From the NCBI RefSeq assembly GCF_009914755.1, contig NC_060927.1: a DNA stretch of 64,000 nucleotides. One strand, given 5' to 3'. Both the position numbers and the translations under genes were made by a program. Below, piece after piece: positions 19,118 to 29,859 of the stretch (position 1 is the stretch's first letter; every line of letters begins with the position of its first letter). A model generated the notes under the pieces. That model saw only the letters and a list, made by a program, of their open reading frames with translations, had not been told where the DNA came from and did not search any database. Source of the stretch: the human T2T-CHM13v2.0 reference genome, Homo sapiens.

Positions 19118-19405
19118 CATCATTCTCAGCAAACTAACATAAGAACAGAAAACCCAACACCACATGTTCTCACTCATAAGTGGAAGTTGAACAATGAGAA
19201 CACATGGACACAGGGAGGGGATCATCACACTCTGGGGCCTGTCAGGGGGTTACGGGGGTTAGGGGAGGGATAGCATTAGGAGAAATACCTAATGTAGATG
19301 ATGGGTTGATGGGTGCAGCAAACCACTATGGCACATGTACAGCTATGTAACAAACCTCCACATTCTGCACATGTACCCCAGAACTTAAAGTATATATATA
19401 AAGAA
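19118..19405 (+). mobile_element. 5'-truncated L1PA 3' end inserted in older L1
   Basis: cattctcagcaaacta...atgttctcactcataagtgg...agaacttaaagtata; flanks repeat gaatggttaa. Confidence 0.9.
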
Positions 19406-19947
19406 AAGAAGTGAATGGTTAAACAAATTGTGGTACATCCATACCATGGAATACTACTCAGTAATACAAAAGAGCAAACTACTGATACATGCAACAACTT
19501 GAATGACTGTCCAATGAATTATATTGATATTGAGTGAAAAAATACATACCATATGATTATATATACCATATATTATGTGTATCATTATATATACTATATG
19601 GTATCCTCATTACCATACCTCTACTCCCCAGGGAACCACTGATCTGATGTCTATCACTGTAGATTAGTTTTGCCTGTTCTAGAATTTAATGTAAGTGGAA
19701 TCTTAAATATGTCCTCTCACATTAAGCCTTCTGGGTGAGATACATCCATGTTGTGTGTGTGTATACATTCTAGAATATACCTTCTAGAAATGAATTTTAG
19801 AAACAAAGGATAGATTTTAGAAATGAAAGATAGATTAGTTACATTTTAGAAATGAAGGATAGATTAGTGTGATTGCCAGGGGCTAGAGATGGGGTAGGAG
19901 GGGGCAGGAGGAAAGGAGGTGAGTGTGTTTATAAAAGGGCAACAGGA

Positions 19948-20224
19948 GGCTGGGTGCAGTGGCTCACGCCTGTAATCCCAGCACTTTGGAAAGCCGAGGT
20001 GGACAGATTACTTGAGGTCAGGAGTTTGAGACAAGCCTGGCCAATGTGGTGAAACCCTGTCTCTACCAAACACACAAACATTAGCCAGGTGCAGTGGCAG
20101 GTGCCTGTAATCCCAGCTACTCAGGAGGCTGAGGCAGGAGAATTGAACTCGGGGGCAGAAGTTGCAGTGAGCTGAGACTGCGCCACTGCACTCCAGCCTG
20201 GGTGACAGAGTGAAACTCTGTCTC

Positions 20225-20252
<28 letters not shown>
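19948..20252 (+). mobile_element. Alu (AluS-like)
   Basis: Full dimer, long A tail, TSD ggcaacagga. Confidence 0.95.
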
Positions 20253-20256
<4 letters not shown>

Positions 20257-20516
20257 ACAGGAGAGATTTTTATGGTGATGGAAGTGTTCAGTATCTCCAC
20301 TGTGGTGGTGGATACATGCAGCTACACAGGTGATAGAATTGTGTAGAGCTATAGACACACACACATATATGCACACACCAATGAGTACAAGTAAAGTTGA
20401 AGAAATCTAAAATAAATGGATTGTATCAATGTCGATATTCTGGCTGCAATGTTATAGTGTTGTAAAATGTTACAACTGGGGGTAATTAAGCAAAGTGTAC
20501 AAGGGATCTCTCTGTA

Positions 20517-20830
20517 TTTTTTTTTCTTTTTCTTTTTTTTTTTTTTTGAGATGGAGTCTTGCTCTTGTCGCCCAGGGTGGAGTGCAGTGGTGCAATCTTG
20601 GCTCACTGTAACCTCCGCCGTCCCGGGTTCAAGCGATTCTCCTGCCTCAGCCTCCCAAGTAGCTGGGAATACAGGTGCCCACCACCACACCCAGCTAATT
20701 TTTGTATTTTAGTAGAGACAGGCTTTCACCATGTTAGCCAGGCTGGCCTCGAACTCCTGACCTCAGGTGAACTGCCAGCCTCAGCCTCTCAAAGTGCTGG
20801 GATTACAGGCGTGAGCCACTGTGCCCGGCC
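20517..20830 (-). mobile_element. Alu (AluS-like)
   Basis: Poly-T start, full dimer. Confidence 0.95.
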
Positions 20831-21624
20831 ACTGTCTATATTATTTCTTACAACTGCATGCAAATCTACAAATATCTCAAAAAATTCAATTAAAAATATC
20901 TTGTGGAAAATTAACCAAGCATAGGATAGTTAAGATAGTATTTTCACTTTTTCAGATAGTCTTATCAGCATTTTTATGTGAAAACTGAAAAATCAGACAC
21001 TAAATTTTTGCCTTCATAGAAACTTAGATGATCTGATTGTCATAATCTGATCCTACTTAAGAAGCTACTTATGGATATAATGGAAAACAGGAATATTCAA
21101 CAGGCAGTCTTCATGATAAGCCTTTACTAGGTTCATTCTACAAATATGTGACTTTTAAAACTACATATTTTATTAGATATTTAAGATGTAGTAAAATCAT
21201 TTGAAACACAAACTGATGGGCTTAGGCCATTTGAAATAATGATTTCGTGACTATTAAAGATGTTGATAATGTAAAGATTTAAAAACGATTTTTAAAGTTA
21301 AAATTCATTTTGCATGTGGGGGAAGGAACAAACTACTGATTCATACAATAACATGGATGAATCTCACTCGAAGGCATTATGGTGAGAGGACATACTTAAG
21401 ATTCCACTTACATTAAATTCCGGAACAGGCAAAATTAATCTACTGTGATAGACAGCAGATCAGAGGTTCCCTGCAGGGAAGAGGTATGGTAATGAGGAGA
21501 CCATAATGGAGCAGGAGAGAACTTATTTGGGAGATGGAAATGTTCTATATCTTAATTTGGATATGGAAGTCACATGGATGTACACATTTATCAGAACAAA
21601 TTTACCTTATTCTACAAATATATT

Positions 21625-21973
<349 letters not shown>

Positions 21974-23052
21974 TTAAAAACACTAATGATGCCAAGTTTT
22001 CAAAATGATACGGAGCAACTGACTTCTCCCATACCAGTGGGAAGCATTAAATGGCATGACTTTGGAAATAGGCAGTTTCTTACAAAGTTAAATGTACACA
22101 TACCCTGTGATCCAGCAAGTTTTGCTCCTAAGTATTTCCCCAAGAGAAAAGAAAACATAGGTCCACAGAAAGACTTGTGCACAAATGTGCACTGCTTAAT
22201 TTTTAAGCAGTTTTATTCACAATAGTAAAAACATTATAAACAAATGCCAAAAAACAAATGAACAGAAAAACATATTTTGCCTAAATGCCAAAAAATAAAT
22301 GAACAGAAAAACAAATTATGATCTATTTATCCAATGAAATACTACCAAGCAATGAAAAGGACTGAACTACTTATACACATAGCCACACGAATGAATTTCA
22401 AAAACATGCTAAGCAAGAAAAACTAGATACATAATGTATTATATGACCCCGATTATATAAAATTCTAGAACAGGTTAAGCTAATCTATAGTGAAACAAGG
22501 CTTATTGGTTGCTTGCACAAGGAAGGAGGGTGGAGTGAGGAGGTGGGGATAGTATTGTCTGGAAGGAAGTATCAAGAAATTTTCTGGTGGTCATGGAAAT
22601 GTTCTATATCTCGATTAAAATGGTGGTTGTGTGGTTGTATACATTTGTCAAAACTCATTGAACAGCAAGTAGGCTTAAAATTAATACTTTTCATTGTTCA
22701 TAAACTATATGTCAGTAAAGCAGATTTTAAAAAGTCTTTTTAAAGCTTATTTTCTATTGTCTCCAAGTTTTTGGTCTAATCACCTAAGGTTGGAATGCCA
22801 TTAACTGAGACAGGAAAGTCAGTGAAAGGAGGTTTGGGGAGGACGAGGAGCTCAATGTTGGATTTGATTCTCTAGCAGGCCACAAGCAGTCACCTGGCGA
22901 TCACCACTTGTTCCTCACATCTTCTGCCCATCCATCCTCAAGCACGGCCAATCTTCCCTGGTCATTATTTCTCAAACAGCCTTTCTTTCCTTCTGGGCTT
23001 GTCTTTTCCAACATCCACCTGGATTTCTGGTGTTTTAACTTGACTTTTTTGA

Positions 23053-23074
23053 GTGTGTGTGTGTGTGTGTGTGT
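23053..23074. repeat. (TG)n microsatellite
   Basis: About 11 GT units. Confidence 0.95.
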
Positions 23075-24399
23075 GAAAGTTTTAAATACCTACAAGGGCC
23101 AGGCAGATGATGTGGGAACCGCAGCCACCCTGAGAGGACAGGGTCCATCTGAAGGACTGCCCTCTACTCAGCTCCAATCCATTGTTTTTGGGCTGGAATG
23201 CTGCACCAGGGTTTTTCAAGAGAAAACCCCAGTCAAACTCTCCCAGTGTTTGGAGCTAACTTAAAGACATGCAAATATCTTGTAGGCCAACTAGAACTCT
23301 TGTGCTGGGCCCAGGCTCAGCCAGTTTCCAATGCCTGTTTTATAACAAGGCAAGTTCTGGTGCTGGGATGGGCTCCCGCATGGCCTTTTGCTAACCCTGC
23401 ATTCTGCGCTGGCTCATCCTGGCTGCCAGGAGCCTGTGGGTGCCTGGGATGCTCCTGCTGCTTGCTGGTCCTGCCCTCGGCTCTGACGTCTCCTACTCTA
23501 GTATCCCAGTGGCCATAATGACAAGTAGGCCTCCCTCCTAAGGACCTTTGCCAGCCAGGTTCCCTCTTCCAAGTACACATGTAGCCCCAGTGGCCTTTTA
23601 CACCCTGAAATCTGGTTGCATCTTGCCTCTGTTAAAATTCTGTCAGCGACGCCCCATCATCCACCAGCAGCACCCTGTTAGTTACTAAAGGAGATGTACA
23701 TGATACACTCTCTCCCTCTAGAATCCACCGCTCACCACGCTCTGCCTGAGGCACCTTGCAACTGGGGGCGCTACTTACACCCTGCCCTCCAGGCAAACAT
23801 GGTCCAGTTTTCTCATCTCTGAGTCTTCACTCCTGCAGTCCCCTCCGCCCAGAACACCTTCTCTAAGGCCCCTGTCAACAAACTTACCCTATCCTTCCAG
23901 GCACAGTTAGAGCTCATCTCTGCTCCAGATCTCCAATCCCTAGGGAACGGGCCTCTTTCACCTTTGTTAATCCACCACATACACCGGCTTCCCCCTGCAT
24001 TTCCATGCAGGCATCTGTCTGTCTGTTTGCACTTCTCCTTCATGGCACTATTGCACCTGTAATTGATCAGCCAATTGCAGCCACAGTTTGGATGCTTTCT
24101 TGGTTGTCTGTCTGCCTTCTGTTTGTCTTGTTCACCTCTATAGGCCTGGTGCCCGGCTTGCCCGGGTACCTGAGTCTGTGACGGGATGGGTACCTGCCCC
24201 TTTCCCGGGGTGGACAGTGCCTGGAATGCTGACAACAGTTTCTTTCCGACATGCAAGCCTATCTCGGGGCCAGGCCCCAGGAGGTGCTGTGGTGAAGGTT
24301 TTGGGAATTGGAAGGAGGAAGCAGAGGCTACCTAGCCCCCTGCAGTGGCTGAATAATGGTTCCCAGATGGTGCCAGTGACGCAGTGGGGAGGCTGACAG

Positions 24400-25110
24400 C
24401 TTCTGGGTGCGAATGGCCCCACAATGCGGCCGGGGACCACCCTGCTCACGGCCGGTCAGAGAGCCTGAGGAAGCCGTGTGTTCCCGCGGGCCCTCTCGGT
24501 GCCTCGTGGCACCTTACTCTCTACTCCTCTTGTTCTCTAACGTGTTTAATACACTTTCGTGCAGAAAACATAAATAGACTAAACGGTGCTTTATCGCGGG
24601 CAGTCAGAGAGGAAGTTTTCTCGAGGCTGTGTCCCGTGAGCAGGCGCCGGTGGGCTCAGCCGCCGGGCCCTCCGAGTAGGGGAAGGCGTGCGTGCGTGCG
24701 TGCGGTGGGCGCGGGGAGCCCCGCAGGCCCGAGGGCGCCCCGGCGGGGAAGCGGGCTATCGGAGGCGCGCTGAGCCGGGTGGTGGAGTCCCGCCCGGCTG
24801 GCTGTGGGGCCGCGGGGGCGTCCCGTGGGCGGGCTGGGCGTGGCGCCTCCGCGGGTGGCTTCCCCGGGCCGCGGCGGAGGGGCGGCGCCCCCTGGTGGCG
24901 GAATGCGACTCCAGGGCGCAAGGGGCCGCCCACCCCGCCTCGCCCACCCGGCGGGGGCCTCCGCGCCTTTTCTGAGAAAGCCAGAGGAAAGGAGCCGAGA
25001 CCGCAGTCCCCTGGGCCCGTTTCCTCGTCTGTGGAATGGCATGATTATTGCATCTCACAGGGCTGTCGTGAAGATTCAAGGAGCAAATGTATGTAAAGCG
25101 CTTCGGATGT
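24400..25110. promoter_or_regulatory. CpG island (orphan; no coding first exon seen)
   Basis: Very GC/CpG-dense core 24640-25030 with SP/KLF boxes (ggggcgg, gggcgtgg, ccccgcc). Confidence 0.9.
24885..24898 (-). promoter_or_regulatory. CTCF core motif CCACCAGGGGGCGC
   Basis: + strand gcgccccctggtgg is the reverse complement of the canonical CTCF core. Confidence 0.8.
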
Positions 25111-25346
25111 CTGGTACATTCTGAGCCTTCAACCCACCTGAGCTGTTGAAACTCTGGGATTCAAGCGATTCGGGTCAAAGAGGAACGGTGTGACACCTGC
25201 CTCTGTCCTTTCCAAGGTGGACTCAGGGATTGCATACGTCTCATCCAGAACCCCCAGTCTCTCTTTTGTAAGCTGGCGGTCATGAGATGTAATGAGGAAA
25301 AGGTTTAAACAAATGTTGGTCCCTATCTGGGACCTCTGAAGTCACT

Positions 25347-25352
25347 TTTAAT
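25347..25352 (-). terminator. Candidate ATTAAA poly(A) signal for the C3orf36 transcript
   Basis: + strand tttaat ~115 nt past the ORF stop. Confidence 0.35.
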
Positions 25353-25464
25353 GGATTTGGGGATTTTACAGATTTAAAAAGGGGTGCCTACTGTGGCCCA
25401 TTTATAGACCTGTGGAGCGAAGAGAAGGAGATTAGTCACACTGGGGGCCGGAGTAGAAGCCGTT

Positions 25465-25962
25465 TTAAATTAGTTGCCCCGCTCTGCCTTGAGACTGAGA
25501 CTTTCTGACTCTCAGTTTCACCCTTGGGTTCCAGCACCCAGATGAGAAGAGAGAGAAGGTGGAAGAGGAAGAGAGGGAGGGGATAGAGCAGCGGCCACCA
25601 CCTCTCCCTGAGAGGGCGCAGAGTGGGTGGTTCCCCCCAGGTGAGCAAGGTGGGGGCCCCGTGGGTGTGCTGGGTAGGGGTGGAGTGTGCTGGGAGCACG
25701 CGGGAGGACTGCGCCTCTGCTCCTCGGGGTGTGGCGCGGCCCACTCAGGAGCCCCTTCCAGTGTAGACTCCAGGAGGGTACTCTGAGCTAGGAATGCCTT
25801 CCTGAGCGTGGTTGGTGGGGGCTCTAAGGCCATTCCTCCAGGCCCTGAGGGGGCAGAGAGACACGTGAGCACTAACCCAGGAGCCGGGACTAGGCTGAGC
25901 CCACTACTCACAGCCTGGGGTAAGCCAGCCTCAAGACCCTCCAGGATGGTCTCAGCCTGCAT
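25465..25962 (-). CDS. C3orf36: Intronless 165-aa uncharacterised ORF (MQAETILEGLEAGLPQAV...GRAGQLI*); coding status doubtful
   Basis: ATG at 25960-25962 within track ORF 25465..26034, TAA at 25465-25467; sequence, length and position next to SLCO2A1 match my recollection of C3orf36; Pro/Ser-rich, no domain, weak Kozak (cggATGc). Confidence 0.75.
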   Translation of the reverse strand: MQAETILEGLEAGLPQAVSSGLSLVPAPGLVLTCLSAPSGPGGMALEPPPTTLRKAFLAQSTLLESTLEGAPEWAAPHPEEQRRSPPACSQHTPPLPSTPTGPPPCSPGGNHPLCALSGRGGGRCSIPSLSSSSTFSLFSSGCWNPRVKLRVRKSQSQGRAGQLI

Positions 25963-27059
25963 CCGACTGCCTCTCCTGCCTGACCACTGCGCTCCTTCAC
26001 AGGCCTCTGGCCGGCGAGTTCTCAAGATGTGCAAAGGTTTCCTGCTTCCTTACCTTTGCACACCTTTGCTTATTCCTTTTGCCCAGAAAGTCTTTCCCAG
26101 CACATTTGACTCTCTTGAATTCCAGTCTCTCCCGCATGGCTAGGATCAAGCCCGTTCTCCCATCGCTCATCAAATGAACTCAGAGCATAGTACTTTGCCC
26201 TGTGTTAAGGTCTTGTCTTAGCTCTGGATTATATGTCCTTGAAGGGTAGGGACCATGTGTTTGTCACCACCTGTCCTTATACACATCAGGTAGTACATAA
26301 ATCAAGGGAGGCGTGAGGGACAACTGGAAGGAGCCTCGTTTTCTCCATGTACAGGATGGGACTAGTCATAGTGGCCGCACAGGGCTGTGGGAACTCTGGT
26401 GCGATTCTGCCATGAGTCACCCCATCTCCTCCTTGCCTGCAGGGTCTCGCTCCATCAGCTGTCCTCTTGGACCCCGCAGCCTCCCCATCCTGTGGCCTTT
26501 TGCCCCAGCAAATCTCTCCTCTCTGAAGCCATCCTTTCCTTGACCCTGCATCTCTCTCAGCCACCACCCCATCTCTGCCTCCTCTGAGCAAAATCGTCTT
26601 TCCCACCTCCCCAGCCCTCTGCAGACTGCCTCGGCCTTGCCTGGGCATCATCCCCTCAGCTTCAGGGACCCACAATTGGTGCTTCCTCCATTGGGAAATC
26701 TTTCCAGACTGTGCTTCCCAACCCCGACAGCCCCGCAAAGCTGGTTTAAGTGTCCCGGTGAGCAACTGTGTCCACCTAGGTTCACTACCCACAGTAGAGG
26801 GTTTTAGTGCTCAACCATATCTGCTCTTTTCTTCTCCTGAGCACACAGAATATTCTGTTCCGCTCTTGCGGCAGCTAGGCTGGGAGCAGAGTGAAGAGCG
26901 TTACTTTGGGACAAAGCATTGCTTAGCAGTGCGGGATCTTCCAGGACTTTCTTCCCCTGCCCCATCCATCATGGCAGCTTATAATGAAATGGAGGTACCT
27001 CAGGTTCCAAACAGTCTGAGTTACTGAGACACTGGTTGGGGGGGCTCTCAGGCCAATCC

Positions 27060-27205
27060 TCCAGGCCCTGAGCAGGCAGAGGGGCACTACTGAGCCACTG
27101 ACCTGAGAGTCACCCAGATCACCACAGGTTCTGTGAGCGAGATACCATCTTTTGTTGTGTCAAGTGACTAAGATTCGAGAGGTTTGTTACCACAGCATAG
27201 CCAAG
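27060..27205 (+). mobile_element. Old MLT1 LTR 3' fragment
   Basis: ttgttgtgtcaagtgactaagattcgagaggtttgttaccacagcatagc. Confidence 0.6.
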
Positions 27206-29441
27206 CCTTTCCCCACTGATTTACTGATTAAAGAAGTGTTTTAAATGGGTTAATGGCTTGGTAAACTGTAAAGATCTGTGCACATTTTAGTTATTATTAT
27301 TGCTGTCAAGTTGTAGCAGGGCTGGAGACATGATGTGGCTGGAGAGTGGAGGAATGGCCAGGGTATGCCATGGAGAAAAACTTCCTCTCATTTATGATTT
27401 GCCAAGGGCTTTTCCAGGATCTGTTTCCATATTTAATCTCTGATGAAAGGTTATAATGAATCTGGTGTCTGGTGCTACTGGCAGGAGATGGACCTTTCTT
27501 CCAGGTATTTACTTCCTGTGGTTGCGAAAGATAGGATGTATTTCTTCTGGATTTGCTGCAATATAATATTTTAGTATCAATTTGATACTGACTGGCTTCA
27601 GCCTCCAGCTTAACTGTATCTCTCCATCTTTGAGAGTGGTTGAATAAAATCACAATATGGCTTTGTTTCTTGAGCAAGAATCTGCTAAGCAGTCACCAGA
27701 TGGAGCTGTTCCCTTGAAGGTCTGTGTGCAGGATTCTCAGGGCCTTTTCTTCTCAAAACCCTTCCCTCTTTGTCTCTTTTCTCCACAACTCTCTTTAACT
27801 CATGGTGCTATAGGGATAAATTGGCCCTGTTTAATGAATAGTTGTGATGTTGTTGCTAGTTGAATAGAAGGTAAGTAAATGAACTGTTACCTGGTTCTTT
27901 TGCCTTTGTTACCCACCTTAATGGCCCTCAAGAGATTCCCCCACTTCCCTCCCATGGGCCAGTGAACATCAGTGGGAAAAGAGGGGCCTCCCCACCATTT
28001 TAGTCCATGCTGACTCTTCAGAATGACTCAGCTGGGGCAATTGGGCTGGACCAGAGAGAAGTGGACAGCCTGGTTTGAGTCTAGACCTGGCCAGCTATTA
28101 TCTATGTGAAATTGGCCACAATGGTTGCTTCCTCGGGATCAGATTCCTCACCTTTACATGGGGCATCCATCATGGAGGATCACCCCAAAGGGCTTTGGGC
28201 CAAAGGATAATTGATAGAGATACGGTATTTAGTTATCACTGTATTTGCGCTTTTTCCAAGAAGGGTAAAAGAAGGATTGAATAAAAAAGGTTCCTGCACA
28301 CTCTTCCTTTTCCGGCTTTTTTGTTCAGCCCTTGAGGAGCGGGATTCTGTAGGGAGAGGGAGTGGTGCAGAGGAGTGGGCTTCCTAGGACTGGGGCCGGG
28401 AGAGGGCATAGCCGCGAGTGTGCACAGGGAGGTGGGCCTAACCCTGGGGTCTCGGCTTTGTAGGGTTTCCAGGCTCAGGTGAGAAGCAGGGCCATTAAAC
28501 AGCCTCAAATGGGAAAGGGACCAAAGACCCACAATGGCACCCTTGAATGCGTAGGCATCCAAGGACCTTCAGATGGCTCTAGGAGCCAGACCCAAGCATG
28601 GTTGATATTGAATTTCCAGCCAGACAGTAGGATGGGGGGTTTGAAATCAATAACTGATTTAAAGAAATAAGTGATTTTTTTCTTTTTGCACATCCAAGCT
28701 TGTGAAGTGAGAATGTCTCTCTCAGTACTGATAAGGGCCTCATATAAATGTGAGCTCTTGGATTGTTTTTCATGCCCATTGACTCTTAGTTGCAGCCATC
28801 CAAAAAATCAGATTCACAGGCATCTCTTCACCTTGTTATCCTTCACTCACCTTTGAACATACCAAAGGCCTATCGAGCCTGTAAATTTCTCAGTGGCCTA
28901 AGCACAAATGGGCATACCCCAGGCTCTATTGCACTGACAGCCCACCTCACAGGATTTGGGAACTACCCACATCAATCTCATGAGGGGGCCGTTAAAAGAG
29001 CCATTCCTGGGTCCCCATTAGACCCACAGAAGTAGACGCTGGGGCTGGGTGGAGGGTGTTGGGAATTTGCATCCTCTGTGAGTGTCACACACTCAAGAAA
29101 GTTTGTTAAGCTTTGCTCTAGAAGTGAAATGAAAGTGACACTATTATATTCCCTGCTGACAGCTGAAAAGAAAGATTTTCTTGGGAGTAGTAGTACTGGT
29201 TGTGACCACGTGATCAATTTGATTATGATATTAATTCTGTTTTGTGCCATGGACATAGCTGTTTGCGTCCAGCTCCGCTTCTGGATATAAACCCAAGAGC
29301 AGTGATGCGGACTTCTCAGAGCCCAGCAGAACTTCACTGAAGGAATAAGCAGTGTCTGGTACTTGCCTGATACCAGGCTAATGGGTTGACAGTTGCATTA
29401 CCTCTAATCTCCATGGCCATGGGCCCCTGGGGTCTATGTCA

Positions 29442-29859
<418 letters not shown>

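Noticed and set aside
23758-23773. CTCF-like gcaactgggggcgcta (also weak matches near 40982 and 50517)
   Set aside because: Mismatches at highly constrained core positions; cannot be supported without PWM scoring or ChIP.
24384-25124. Stack of overlapping Arg/Gly/Pro-rich ORFs on both strands
   Set aside because: Expected from stop-codon scarcity in a CpG island; mostly non-ATG starts, no homology recognised.
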